This document shows, piece by piece, positions 17,575-27,925 of a stretch of 64,000 bases of DNA (the stretch's first letter is position 1; each line of letters starts with the position of its first letter). The notes below the pieces were generated by a model that saw only the letters and a program-made list of their open reading frames with translations, had not been told where the DNA came from and did not search any database. The DNA is taken from positions 1 through 64,000 of the forward strand of contig CAXXFF010000001.1 in the NCBI GenBank assembly GCA_963676835.2, read 5' to 3'. The position numbers and the translations under genes are program-made. The stretch is from Marispirochaeta sp. (GTDB lineage Bacteria > Spirochaetota > Spirochaetia > JC444 > Marispirochaetaceae).

Positions 17575-19027
17575 TGATATCCCCGTCCAGTACCCGCGAT
17601 ATCCGGTTTGAGTCGAGTCTAATATCGAGATTTCTCTCCTGTGTCGGAAGCACGGTACCGGTTTTTCCCTCCCTGGGGCGGCGCAAATATTTCACTCTGG
17701 TGTAGTAGCAATCGGCTTTACCGTTTTTTCGTGCTTTACTGTAGTACACAGCAAGGTTTCCTGCATCCAGCAGCAAATCAAGAGAAGGCGTTTTCCCTTT
17801 TGGTCCTCTCAGGAATATATGTCCCCCTGGGTAATCCCGTGTATGTATCCAGTAATCATTCCCCCGGGCCCAGCTACGCAGGAGAACATCACTTTCAGTT
17901 GAATTTCTTCCAACAACAATCTGCCATTGCCCGGAAAGCAGGAACAGGCCTTTATGTTTCCTGATATTCGGCCCTGCGTCGCTTCCTTCTGAACCAGCCC
18001 GATCCGCAGGAACTGAAGGAATAACCTCAAGATCCTCTAGGGTAAGTGCGTCTTCCAACCTTCTGACAATTGTTCTGAATTTATTAACCGATGCTTTCTG
18101 AACTGAAAGTTCTTCCTGTGCATGCTCTCTTCGGCGTAATTCTTTTTTATTTTTCCTGTAATATTCCTGTGCATTTTCATTAATGGACAGAAGCGGATCA
18201 ATCTGGATTCTAAGGGTTTCCCCGGTCTCATAGTCTTCAACCTCTGCCCAGGAAGATCTTTCTGTTAAGATGTGACTGTTTGCCAACAAAAGATCTCCAA
18301 TATGTTTGAAGTTTGAGCTGCGATCGTCTTTTTCCCTTACGTCCAGAAGACGTCGCAATATGGTTTCCTGGCTGGTTAAATATCTTTTCCACGTTTTAAG
18401 TAACTCATTTTTTCTTTTTTTAAAAATTTCCGCGTATTCTTTATCGGCATAGAGTTTTTCTATGGTGCTGTTCATATCCTGTCCGGACTCCACACTGTGT
18501 GGCTGAAACCTTGAATCTGGTTCAGGATAGATCTCGTTTCTGGGGTCGAAATACTCACCGGTAATTTCGCCTTTTCCGGGTCTGCGGTAAAAAGCATCTA
18601 TTATAGTACCGGAATCCGCATCGCATAAAATGGCATTGGCAGCGTTCCCCCACAGGCGTAACCACAGGATACTACTGTCTCCTGTACTGCCTCCCTGGTT
18701 AAGCTGCATGCCTATTATTCTCTGGCCGGGGATCTGAAACACATTTAGAATCCTGCACCCCTTTATACGGCTTCGCAACAGCTGAGGAAAGCGCTGAAGT
18801 TTTATTTTTCGTGGAGGTTTATGACCCAAAGCATGCAGACGGGTACTGCCCGGATAAAAGCTTACCAGCAGGGGAAACCTGTTATAGCGGTGGTTCTCTT
18901 TTTGCCCCGGCCGGTAAATATCGAGAACAAGACTCTGGAAGTCAGGCTGTATTATATTCTGAATAAATGTGTCATTAAGGGAGAGTTCTTCCAGGATGAG
19001 ATCTATCTCACGCCAGTTAAGTGACAT
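17564..19027 (-). CDS. NFACT/RqcH (FbpA-like) ribosome quality-control protein
   Basis: MSLNWREI, ENAQEYY, VGRN, WIHTRDYPGGH, AGNLAVYYSKAR. Confidence 0.9.
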   Translation of the reverse strand: MSLNWREIDLILEELSLNDTFIQNIIQPDFQSLVLDIYRPGQKENHRYNRFPLLVSFYPGSTRLHALGHKPPRKIKLQRFPQLLRSRIKGCRILNVFQIPGQRIIGMQLNQGGSTGDSSILWLRLWGNAANAILCDADSGTIIDAFYRRPGKGEITGEYFDPRNEIYPEPDSRFQPHSVESGQDMNSTIEKLYADKEYAEIFKKRKNELLKTWKRYLTSQETILRRLLDVREKDDRSSNFKHIGDLLLANSHILTERSSWAEVEDYETGETLRIQIDPLLSINENAQEYYRKNKKELRRREHAQEELSVQKASVNKFRTIVRRLEDALTLEDLEVIPSVPADRAGSEGSDAGPNIRKHKGLFLLSGQWQIVVGRNSTESDVLLRSWARGNDYWIHTRDYPGGHIFLRGPKGKTPSLDLLLDAGNLAVYYSKARKNGKADCYYTRVKYLRRPREGKTGTVLPTQERNLDIRLDSNRISRVLDGDISDD

Positions 19028-19038
19028 ATTCCGCCTTA

Positions 19039-19608
19039 TTACCTGTTCTTCAGATCCGGTACAGCTTCAAGAAAAATATCCTTGTCCTTTTGACTGAAAA
19101 AAACAAGATATACCTGTTCGGGGTAGGAATTATCTGAAAGAAAGCTGGTAATAGTTGAAAACGCTATATCTGCAGCAAGAGGCTTCGGATATCCATAGAC
19201 ACCGGTAGAGATTGCAGGAAATGCGAGGGACCGAAATTTTTTATCCGATGCAATCTGAAGGCTGTTTCTATAGCCGTTTTTTAACAGTTTTTCAACTTCT
19301 TTGCTCTCTTTCTTATATATGGGACCAACAGTATGGATCACCCCTTTTATACCGTGGTGGGAAAGATTGCCGCTGGTGGTGATTACTGCTTCTCCGGCAG
19401 GCAGCCCCTGGGGATAGTCTGATTCACGAATTTTCTGACAGGCTGCAAGAATTGCCGAACCTCCTGCCCGGTGAATTGCACCGTCAACGCCGCCTCCGCC
19501 GAGCAGGCTTGAGTTTGCGGCATTGACAATGCCATCCACTTCTAAACAGGTAATATCACCGACAATAACTATAATCCGGTCCAAAACATCCAAAACAGTT
19601 TCCTTCAA
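19039..19608 (-). CDS. O-acetyl-ADP-ribose deacetylase (YmdB-type macrodomain)
   Basis: GDIT, VNAANSSLLGGGGVDGAIHRAGG, FPAISTGVYGYP. Confidence 0.93.
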   Translation of the reverse strand: MKETVLDVLDRIIVIVGDITCLEVDGIVNAANSSLLGGGGVDGAIHRAGGSAILAACQKIRESDYPQGLPAGEAVITTSGNLSHHGIKGVIHTVGPIYKKESKEVEKLLKNGYRNSLQIASDKKFRSLAFPAISTGVYGYPKPLAADIAFSTITSFLSDNSYPEQVYLVFFSQKDKDIFLEAVPDLKNR

Positions 19609-19629
19609 GCTCCATGACAGCTTTTCTGT

Positions 19630-20700
19630 TTATACAGGCATATTCCGCAGGGCTTTAATAAGCTCAACCATTTCGGCGGCTGTACCAATGGTTATTCTTA
19701 AATAATTACTTATCCGCGGTAATGAGAAATAGCGTACCAGGATACCCATTTCTTTCAGACGAAGATATATTTCTTCAGCACTTCTATCTGCCGGACTGGC
19801 AAAAATAAAGTTGGCATCGCTTGGAAGTACTGTCCAATTCAGGTTTTCAAGTTCCTTTGCCGTCCATTTTCTTATTTCAATAAGTTCATCAATTTTCTTC
19901 TGAAAATATTCAGCATCTTTAACAGCGGCAACGGCTAATTTCTGGCCGATCCTGCTTATCGGATAGGAATTAAAACTGTCTTTAGCCCGGTTAAGTGCTG
20001 CTATGAGTTCTTTGCTGCCTGCAGCGTACCCGATTCTCAGGCCTGCCAGGGCATAACTTTTACTCATTGTTCCGGTAATCAGCAGATTCGGATATTCAGA
20101 GGTAAGACCGACGGCAGAGACACCGCCGAAATCGATGTATGCTTCATCGACCACAATAACGCGGTTTGACGAAACAGAATCAAGCAGTTTTGTCAGGGTT
20201 TCCAGGGTTATTGACATTCCGGTAGGCGCATTGGGGTTTGCAAAGATAATTCCAGAGTAGGGATTTGATTGAGCATAGGCTATATAAAGGTCTATGTTCA
20301 GACTAAAATCGGCTTCCAGTGGAATCAACTTTTTTTCCAATTGATAAAAAGCACAATAAACCGGATAAAAACTGTAGGTAATATCGGGAAAAAGAACAGG
20401 ACCATTTTCCGGTCCGAAAAATGAATAAAAAATCAGAGATAATACTTCATCGGAGCCGTTTCCAACGTATAGGTTATCTTTTTCGAGTTGAAAACGTTCA
20501 GCAAAAGCCTCTTTGAGTTCAGTTGAATCCGGATCCGGATACAGGCGGAGTTCCTCAGCCTTATAATTATCAATCAAGGACTGGACGCCCGGAGCAGGCG
20601 GAAAGGGGTTCTCGTTTGTATTGAGTTTAATAAATTTCCGGTTACGCGGCTGCTCTCCTGGAACATAGGGAGTAAGCGCATGGAGGCGTTTGGAAAACAT
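19630..20700 (-). CDS. hisC: Histidinol-phosphate aminotransferase
   Basis: PYVPGEQP, KLNTNENP, GNGSDE, VDEAY, SKSYALAGLRIG. Confidence 0.95.
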   Translation of the reverse strand: MFSKRLHALTPYVPGEQPRNRKFIKLNTNENPFPPAPGVQSLIDNYKAEELRLYPDPDSTELKEAFAERFQLEKDNLYVGNGSDEVLSLIFYSFFGPENGPVLFPDITYSFYPVYCAFYQLEKKLIPLEADFSLNIDLYIAYAQSNPYSGIIFANPNAPTGMSITLETLTKLLDSVSSNRVIVVDEAYIDFGGVSAVGLTSEYPNLLITGTMSKSYALAGLRIGYAAGSKELIAALNRAKDSFNSYPISRIGQKLAVAAVKDAEYFQKKIDELIEIRKWTAKELENLNWTVLPSDANFIFASPADRSAEEIYLRLKEMGILVRYFSLPRISNYLRITIGTAAEMVELIKALRNMPV

Positions 20701-22007
20701 CAGGAAAACTCTCCTTTGCTGCGAAGATCACCCAGCAGATAAAATGAACCTATGACCAATATCGGTTCTTCAGTATCACAAAGGGCAAGAGCACGGTCAA
20801 GAGCCTCTATAGAATTGATAATAAGCTCTGTATCCGGGAACCGTTCCCGAAACACCGCAGCGACATTTTCAGGATTACTTTCCCGGAAACTACCGGGTTT
20901 GCTGACTATGACAGCAGTCAGATCTCCGGGGAAAATATCCCGGATACGCTGAACATCTTTATCTTCTGCAAGCCCCAGGATTACCACACCACCCGCCGGA
21001 TACAGATCCCGAAAAGTGGTAAAAGATGCTTTTATTGATGTAGGTGTATGGGCTGCATCGAAAACAATATCGTGTTCTCCATGCCGGCAGCGTTCGAATC
21101 TACCCGGGAGAGAGGCGAGGGAAAGTCCTCTTTCGATAACCGAAGGCTCTATTCCGGGGATTACCATATCTGCCGCCATGGCTGCGAGCAGTGCATTATG
21201 CACCTGGTGCCGGCCTATCATCCCCGGATATGGGTGAAGCTGTTTTCCACCGGGAAGCTTGGCAGTAAAAGATCTGCTGCTGTCTGATAATAAAGAAGCA
21301 TCGGCGTATTCCGATACCTCAGCTTTGCGCCGAGCCGCAATATCCAGTAAAACTTCATAAGCAGGGGAATCGATGCGGCCGAGTAGAATAGGGCGGTCGG
21401 GCTTGATTATCCCCCCTTTTTCCGCGGCAACCTCTTCGAGGGTATTTCCCAGTATCCGTGTATGTTCCAGCTCTATAGAGGTAATTACCGCAAGTTCAGG
21501 CAGAACAATATTTGTTGCATCAAGACGTCCACCCAACCCGGTTTCCAGGACCACCCATGTACAGCCGGCAAGCTGAAATCCAACAAAAGCGGAGAGTGTC
21601 AGGAGCTCAAAGGTTGTTGGTTCAGATCCGTCATCAAACCAGCCATCTTTAAAGGTCTCGCGAATTATTTGTATCGCTTCTATAAGGAACTGTTCCGGCA
21701 GCCATCCTCTGTTTAACAGAAAACGTTCACGGTAACTGTCAACGTGAGGAGAAGTGTAGATACCGCAGTCAAAGCCTGCTTCTGATAAAATGGAGCCGAT
21801 AAAGGCAGCAGTGGAACCCTTTCCTTTAGACCCGGCAATATGGATTATTTTATATTGCTTCTGGGGATTACCACATGCATCGGCAAGAGATTTCATCCGA
21901 TCAAGGCGGAAGGGTCGGAGACTGGATCCCGGGCGTTTCTCAAAGTTGGTAAAACTTTCTATCCACCCGAAGCCTTCCGCCAGAGGTGGGGAAAGTTTCG
22001 TATTCAT
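20700..22007 (-). CDS. folC: Folylpolyglutamate/dihydrofolate synthase
   Basis: IHIAGSKGKGS, YTSPH, ETGLGGRLDATN, DAAHT, GSFY. Confidence 0.95.
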   Translation of the reverse strand: MNTKLSPPLAEGFGWIESFTNFEKRPGSSLRPFRLDRMKSLADACGNPQKQYKIIHIAGSKGKGSTAAFIGSILSEAGFDCGIYTSPHVDSYRERFLLNRGWLPEQFLIEAIQIIRETFKDGWFDDGSEPTTFELLTLSAFVGFQLAGCTWVVLETGLGGRLDATNIVLPELAVITSIELEHTRILGNTLEEVAAEKGGIIKPDRPILLGRIDSPAYEVLLDIAARRKAEVSEYADASLLSDSSRSFTAKLPGGKQLHPYPGMIGRHQVHNALLAAMAADMVIPGIEPSVIERGLSLASLPGRFERCRHGEHDIVFDAAHTPTSIKASFTTFRDLYPAGGVVILGLAEDKDVQRIRDIFPGDLTAVIVSKPGSFRESNPENVAAVFRERFPDTELIINSIEALDRALALCDTEEPILVIGSFYLLGDLRSKGEFS

Positions 22008-23302
22008 GGCCGTTTACGTACTGCGTTACAGTGGGCCGGAAAGCCCTCATACTCTGCAAGGGTTGCAACGTGTTCTGCCATCAATGCTGCGCCGGCCTTG
22101 GTAGAGAAAATAACTGAAGAGAACTTCATAAAATCACGTACAGAGACTGGAGAATAGGTTCTGGCCCTTCCGCCTGTGGGCAGAACAGCGTTAGCCCCGA
22201 CCGCATAGTTCGCTGCGGAAAAAGGTGTAGTATCGCCGAGAATAATCTCTCCGGCATTGCGTATCAGCGGCAGAACATCAAAGGGTTCACTGCACTGAAT
22301 TTGCAGATGTTCCGGTGCATAAAGGTTGATGATATCCGCAGCCTCTTCAAGATTATCAGCAAGAAGGACTCCTCCGTAACCGGAAAAAACCTGCTGAACA
22401 AAACCTTTCCGCGGCTCAGGCAGATCATCTATCTCTTTTTCGAGCTGTTCCGCTGCTTCCCGGGCAATCCGGGCATCGGTACAGACCAGGATTGCAGAAC
22501 TGTCGGCACCATGTTCCGCCTCAGTAAGCAGATCCAGAGCCAACAGGTATGGATCTGCCTTGCTGTCAGCCAGGACTGCAGACTCCGATGGACCTGCAGG
22601 AAGTCCGACATCAACTCTGTTTGAAAGAATTCTCTTTGCTGCTGCCACATACATGCTGCCGGGGCCAACAATCTTTTCAACCCCGGGAACAGATTCGGTA
22701 CCGAGAGCCATGGCAGCTACACCATGGGCTCCGCCTATACGGTAAACATTTTCACAGCCGCATAATTCAGCAGCGACAAGACAGGCGGGATCCACGGATC
22801 CGTCCGGGTTGGGAGGTGTAAGCACTGAGAGTCTGGGGACACCGGCAATAACCGCAGGAACAGCGAGCATATAGAACATGGAAGGAAAGCTGCCTCTGCC
22901 TCTGGGAACGTAAAGGGCTGCTGACTCTATGGGAGTTGCCCGTTCTCCGGCAAAAACTCCTGGACGGATTTCAACCATTTCCATTGCCCGGGGTTTTTGT
23001 ATTTCATGATACTTCTGAACATTCTCAATACTGAAATGCAGAGCGTCTTTGACAGCATCATCTACCAGCTCCGCTGCGGCTTCAAACTCTTCAGGCTGAA
23101 CCTTTACAGGGAAATCATGAAGATCCACTCCGTCCAGTTTTAAACTGTACTCTTTTAAAGCCTTATCCCCATCTTTTTCGATGCGGCGGATTATTTCAAG
23201 AACAGTGTCATGTACTTCGCTGATGTTTATCTCGGAACGTTTAAGAATAGCTTCCTGTTCACTGCTGTTCAGCTCCCGCCATCGGCGGACGGCAATCTCC
23301 AT
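22004..23302 (-). CDS. hisD: Histidinol dehydrogenase
   Basis: YVPRG, GPGSMYV, PAGPSE, EAEH, APEHL; ATG 23302 with GGAGG RBS. Confidence 0.93.
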   Translation of the reverse strand: MEIAVRRWRELNSSEQEAILKRSEINISEVHDTVLEIIRRIEKDGDKALKEYSLKLDGVDLHDFPVKVQPEEFEAAAELVDDAVKDALHFSIENVQKYHEIQKPRAMEMVEIRPGVFAGERATPIESAALYVPRGRGSFPSMFYMLAVPAVIAGVPRLSVLTPPNPDGSVDPACLVAAELCGCENVYRIGGAHGVAAMALGTESVPGVEKIVGPGSMYVAAAKRILSNRVDVGLPAGPSESAVLADSKADPYLLALDLLTEAEHGADSSAILVCTDARIAREAAEQLEKEIDDLPEPRKGFVQQVFSGYGGVLLADNLEEAADIINLYAPEHLQIQCSEPFDVLPLIRNAGEIILGDTTPFSAANYAVGANAVLPTGGRARTYSPVSVRDFMKFSSVIFSTKAGAALMAEHVATLAEYEGFPAHCNAVRKRP

Positions 23303-23341
23303 GTGATCCTCCGGATTCAATGTAGTACATGCCAATTCCTC

Positions 23342-23370
23342 TGGTCAATACAGGACCTTTTTCATATAAT
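23342..23370 (+). promoter_or_regulatory. Putative sigma70 promoter for folP (near-leaderless)
   Basis: TGGTCA-17 bp-TATAAT, 7 nt before ATG 23378. Confidence 0.45.
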
Positions 23371-23377
23371 ATTCCCA

Positions 23378-24208
23378 ATGATAAAACACCCCTGCAGCCT
23401 GAAATTTGATGGATCGCCCATGATCATGGGGATTATTAACTGTACCCCCGACTCTTTTTTCTCCGCTTCCCGGGCAGAAGCTGTAAAGGATGCAGAGGAT
23501 AAAGCCCGTAAGCTGATTGATCAGGGAGCAGATATCCTTGACCTGGGGGGAGAATCCAGCCGTCCCGGTTCGGACTATATTTCAGAAGAGGAAGAGCTGA
23601 AGCGGGTTATTCCTGCGGTAGAGGCTATACGCAGTTTCAGTGATATACCCTTGAGTATCGATACTCGAAAGTCCGAGGTAGCCAGACAGGCACTGTTATC
23701 CGGAGCAGATATTATCAACGATATCTCAGCCCTGGAGGATGACCCGAAACTTGGTAAAGTGGCAGCAGATACCGGGGCTTGGATTGTGCTTATGCATAAA
23801 CGCGGCCGACCGGATACCATGCAGCTTAATCCCTCCTATAATGACACGCTTCAGGAGATCGAAAGCTACCTTCACAAGGCTGTCGCCAGGGCAGAAGCTT
23901 CCGGAATAAGCAGGGAGAGGATTATTCTCGATCCCGGTATCGGTTTCGGAAAACGCCATCAGGATAATCTGATGGTGCTAAAAGAGACTGGCTTTTTCCG
24001 GCAGATGGGGTATCCTGTTCTCATCGGTCATTCAAGAAAATCTTTTCTTGAAGTAATTACCGGAAGACAAGTACATGAACGGCTTGCCGGAAGTATCGCT
24101 GCCGGTGTACTTGCCCAGGTTTTTGGCGCCGATATCCTCAGAGTACACGATGTCGCGGAAACACGGGATGCCGTGCTGGTAACAGAAGCCGTCATCGGGG
24201 GCGATTAA
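23378..24208 (+). CDS. folP: Dihydropteroate synthase
   Basis: MGIINCTPDSF, GGESSRPG, DPGIGFGK, SRKS, LRVHDV. Confidence 0.95.
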   Translation: MIKHPCSLKFDGSPMIMGIINCTPDSFFSASRAEAVKDAEDKARKLIDQGADILDLGGESSRPGSDYISEEEELKRVIPAVEAIRSFSDIPLSIDTRKSEVARQALLSGADIINDISALEDDPKLGKVAADTGAWIVLMHKRGRPDTMQLNPSYNDTLQEIESYLHKAVARAEASGISRERIILDPGIGFGKRHQDNLMVLKETGFFRQMGYPVLIGHSRKSFLEVITGRQVHERLAGSIAAGVLAQVFGADILRVHDVAETRDAVLVTEAVIGGD

Positions 24209-24211
24209 AAA

Positions 24212-25012
24212 GTGGAGTGGCTTAATCAGATCTGGGTATTCAGAGAACTCTTTCGTCCTGTTCTGGATATCCTTATTCTTTCAGTTATAATTTATCAGAT
24301 TTACCAGATTCTGGTGCAGACCAGGGCAATTCAGCTCGTAAAGGGTGCTTTTCTTATGGCCCTTATTTACGTTCTGGCCTTTTTTCTGGAGCTTACAACC
24401 CTTTTATGGATTATGAACGGACTGGCCACTGTGCTGGTTATTATTATTGCAATCGTTTTTCAGCCTGAGCTTAGAAATATCTTTACCACCATCGGCCGCG
24501 GTGACTGGCTCAAGCTGCAGAACAGGGGTACATCCTTTCAGCTGGACAGTGTTTTGAATGCTGTCGAGGTTCTGTCCGGCAGACAACGGGGTGCTCTTAT
24601 TGTCTTTACCAGGCAGGTAGGCTTGAAGAATATAATAGAAACAGGCACCAGGCTCAGCGCGGCCATCAGCTCATCTCTTATTCTGACAATCTTTGGTCAT
24701 GACACTCCTCTGCATGACGGTGCAGTTATTCTGCAGGGCGGGGAGCTGTTGTCTGCAGGATGTTTCCTCCCGCTTTCCGAGCAGTCTGATATACGCCGCA
24801 GTTTCGGAACCCGTCACCGCGCAGCTCTTGGACTTGCAGAAGAGACCGATGCTGTGGTTCTTATAGTTTCCGAAGAGACGGGAGCAATTTCTCTTGCCTA
24901 CAATTCCAACCTGTATTACGACCTTACATTAAACGAGGTTCGTTCAACCCTGCGCCGCTTGTTGAGCATACATGAAGACGAAGCGCTTGAGGAGACAGGT
25001 CTTGATAGTTAG
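24212..25012 (+). CDS. cdaA: Diadenylate cyclase CdaA
   Basis: Three N-terminal TM helices, FQPELR, LHDGAV, GTRHRAA, VSEETG. Confidence 0.95.
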   Translation: MEWLNQIWVFRELFRPVLDILILSVIIYQIYQILVQTRAIQLVKGAFLMALIYVLAFFLELTTLLWIMNGLATVLVIIIAIVFQPELRNIFTTIGRGDWLKLQNRGTSFQLDSVLNAVEVLSGRQRGALIVFTRQVGLKNIIETGTRLSAAISSSLILTIFGHDTPLHDGAVILQGGELLSAGCFLPLSEQSDIRRSFGTRHRAALGLAEETDAVVLIVSEETGAISLAYNSNLYYDLTLNEVRSTLRRLLSIHEDEALEETGLDS

Positions 25013-25955
25013 ATCATTACTCGACAGACTTGCCCACAACTGGCCGGTAAAAGTTCTATCTGTAGTTCTCGCGGTTCTGTTGTTCCTGTTTCACCGAATA
25101 TCCAATCTTGAGGAGCGGTATTTCAGTGTTCCCCTGGAGGTAAGGGTAAGCGACACCTTTGTCCCTGCATCTTCCTACCAGCGAAACGCCCGGGTTACGA
25201 TCAGAGGCGACAGGGAGGTTATCTTCAATATCCTTGAAGAAGATATTGAAGTTTACGCAGATTTTACCCAGTACGATAGTGAGGGAATATTCAAGACGCC
25301 TCTTGATTATCATAAAACCGGTACTGCCCTTGGAGTGGATTATCTGGAGATCAGCCTCGAGCCTACAGAACTGCGCCTGGAAATACAGGAAAAGCAGACT
25401 AAGCAGGTTGATATTATTCCGGACATTCTCGGATATCCCGCCAGGGGCTTTGAGCTCGGACAGTACTACCTGACCCCGGAAAAGCTGACCATAACCGGTC
25501 CCCGTTCACAAATCGAGAATCTCAGAAGTCTTATGACAGAACCGGTTGATCTCTCCAATTTAAGGGATTCTCTGAGCCTGCGGGTAGGGCTGGTCGTTCC
25601 CTCTGAGTATCAGTTGAGTTTTCCCGAGGGAAGAAACATAGATTTTCGCGGGATTATTCAGGAAACCCTGCTGATCCGGACCTTTAGCGACATTCAGGTA
25701 AACCCGGTAAACCTTGCGGCGGGGCTGGAGCTTATAACTGAATTACCAATGGGGAGCATAAAACTGCAGGGAAGCCAGCTGCTGCTTGAGTCCACCAGTG
25801 CGTCAGATTTTACCTTGAGCATCGACTGCAGCACTATAGAGAATCCTGGTTATTACCGTCTTCCAATTGCAGCCTCCGCACCCAACGATTTTCTTGTTCT
25901 GCAGCATAATCCAGATGAAGCTGTCATTCAGGTAAGGCAGGGAACAGATCAATGA
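25002..25955 (+). CDS. cdaR: CdaR/YbbR-like regulator (ORF open from 24972)
   Basis: NWPVKVLSVVLAVLL anchor, YbbR-like repeats, directly after cdaA. Confidence 0.85.
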   Translation: MIVRSLLDRLAHNWPVKVLSVVLAVLLFLFHRISNLEERYFSVPLEVRVSDTFVPASSYQRNARVTIRGDREVIFNILEEDIEVYADFTQYDSEGIFKTPLDYHKTGTALGVDYLEISLEPTELRLEIQEKQTKQVDIIPDILGYPARGFELGQYYLTPEKLTITGPRSQIENLRSLMTEPVDLSNLRDSLSLRVGLVVPSEYQLSFPEGRNIDFRGIIQETLLIRTFSDIQVNPVNLAAGLELITELPMGSIKLQGSQLLLESTSASDFTLSIDCSTIENPGYYRLPIAASAPNDFLVLQHNPDEAVIQVRQGTDQ

Positions 25956-26332
25956 TACTCGGGATAGGAATTGATATCGTGCATGTAGACCGGATGGCGC
26001 ACTGGCTTGAAAACCCCAGGCTTACCCAGCGGTTTTTCCATGAAGATGAACTTCAGGAAGCCTTGAGCCGCGGAAAAACTGCTGCTCTTTCTCTGGCTGC
26101 CCGTTTTGCAGCTAAAGAGGCTTTTGGAAAGGCTCTGGGGACAGGTCTCCACGGTTTAAACCTGAAAGACATTCGTGTCGCAAATCAGAGAACCGGAAAA
26201 CCGGAGCTCATAGTTTACGGCACTGCAGATAAAAACTTCAGGGATATGGGTGGTGTGCGTATACACTTAAGCATGACCCATGAACAGGATAATGCAGTTG
26301 CCATGGTGGTAATTGAAGGAAATCGGCAATGA
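25952..26332 (+). CDS. acpS: Holo-ACP synthase
   Basis: GIGIDIV, ARFAAKEAFGKALGTG, HLSMTH. Confidence 0.96.
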   Translation: MILGIGIDIVHVDRMAHWLENPRLTQRFFHEDELQEALSRGKTAALSLAARFAAKEAFGKALGTGLHGLNLKDIRVANQRTGKPELIVYGTADKNFRDMGGVRIHLSMTHEQDNAVAMVVIEGNRQ

Positions 26333-27180
26333 CAAAAACATCATTTTTCAGTAAAAATCCTTTAACCTGCCCGGTATGTAACGCAAGCTTCCATAAAGAG
26401 GAAATGCTTACCGGAAGCGGCAGGTTAATAGCCGGAAACCTTACCCAGGAACTGCGCAGGCTGTATGAAGCCAATAAAAAATATGGAGAAGTTCACCCTC
26501 TCGTTTACCCTGTCACTGTCTGTTCATCCTGCTTCTATGCCGCGTATCCCAATGATTTTGATGTCATTGACGAAGAAGCAAAACAGCGACTGTCCGAAAA
26601 CAGTGAAAAAAGGGTAGCCACCATACGGCCCTTGTTCCCCGAACTTGAGTTCGCCGAACCCCGAGGATTGAAAGAAGGGATCGCAGCCTATTATTTCGCG
26701 GTAATGTGTTACGATTTCATGCCGAAATCCGTTGCTCCGACCATTAAGCAGGGAATTTCATCCTTACGGGCCGCCTGGCTATGTAATGATCTGCATGGAA
26801 AAATGCCTGCTGAAAATTACGATTACCTGGCAAAACTTTTTTATCGAAAAGCCCGGTTCTTTTATACACTGGCAGTTGAATATGAATCTGACGGCACCGA
26901 AACCATCGGGAATGCAGGGAATCTTGGTCCGGACCTGGATAAAAACTACGCCTATGACGGTGTTTTATATCTCGCCTCTATGCTTGAGTATCATTTCGGT
27001 CCCAGGGAAGATCCGGAAAAACGGAAAAAATCACTGCTGCTGGCGAAACGGATTGTTGCCCGTATCTTCGGCATGGGAAAAGCGTCCAAAAGCAAACCGG
27101 AAGCAATACTCCAGAGTTCCCGTGACCTCTACGATTCTATCAATACAGCCCTGAAAGAGTTCGGAGAGGGGGATGAGTAG
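26329..27180 (+). CDS. DUF2225-like Zn-finger protein
   Basis: CPVC and CSSC pairs, LRAAWL motif. Confidence 0.75.
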   Translation: MTKTSFFSKNPLTCPVCNASFHKEEMLTGSGRLIAGNLTQELRRLYEANKKYGEVHPLVYPVTVCSSCFYAAYPNDFDVIDEEAKQRLSENSEKRVATIRPLFPELEFAEPRGLKEGIAAYYFAVMCYDFMPKSVAPTIKQGISSLRAAWLCNDLHGKMPAENYDYLAKLFYRKARFFYTLAVEYESDGTETIGNAGNLGPDLDKNYAYDGVLYLASMLEYHFGPREDPEKRKKSLLLAKRIVARIFGMGKASKSKPEAILQSSRDLYDSINTALKEFGEGDE

Positions 27181-27925
27181 GATCCGGCTGGATCTGTCTT
27201 ACAGGGGAGGAGATTTCTGTGGATGGCAGCTTCAACCCAATGAACTTTCCGTACAGGGCGTACTTGAAGAGGCTGTAGAAAAAATAACCGGAACATTTTC
27301 CCGGGTTATCGGAAGTGGAAGAACCGATTCCGGCGTTCATGCCCTGGGTCAAACTGCCCATTTTGACACGGAATCCGCAATACCGGCAGAAAAGTTCCGG
27401 CTTGCCTTACAGAGTCAGCTCCCGGAAGGGGTGACTATTCACCGCAGTCTGGCTGTTGGGGAAGATTTCCATGCACGTTATTCCGCACAAAAACGGCTGT
27501 ACCACTACAAAATTATTGCAGGTTTTTCCTTTTCGTCTTTTCAGACCGATCGCTACTGGTGTATGAAGCGCAGACCCGATATCAAGGTGCTGAATAAACT
27601 GGCTTCAACACTGGTTGGTACTCATGATTTTACCACCTTTACCGCGGCGGGCGATGCATCTGAATCAAAGGTTCGCAATCTTGAATGCGCATCTTTTTTC
27701 CCGGTCGGGGAAGAATTGATTTTCCGCATAAGCGGAAATGCCTTTCTATGGCGGATGGTTCGTAGTATAGTCGGAACTCTTATGGAAGCCGAAAAGTCCG
27801 GGGAAACCCCGGATCAATTCAGAGAGAAACTAACATCCCGGGATAGAGCTATGGCGGGAACAACAGCGCCTCCCCAGGGCTTATATCTTTATAAGGTGTA
27901 TTATGAGCATAAATACGGCGGATGA
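27173..27925 (+). CDS. truA: tRNA pseudouridine(38-40) synthase
   Basis: GWQLQ, SGRTDSGVHA, FLWRMVR, TAPPQGLYL. Confidence 0.96.
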   Translation: MSRIRLDLSYRGGDFCGWQLQPNELSVQGVLEEAVEKITGTFSRVIGSGRTDSGVHALGQTAHFDTESAIPAEKFRLALQSQLPEGVTIHRSLAVGEDFHARYSAQKRLYHYKIIAGFSFSSFQTDRYWCMKRRPDIKVLNKLASTLVGTHDFTTFTAAGDASESKVRNLECASFFPVGEELIFRISGNAFLWRMVRSIVGTLMEAEKSGETPDQFREKLTSRDRAMAGTTAPPQGLYLYKVYYEHKYGG

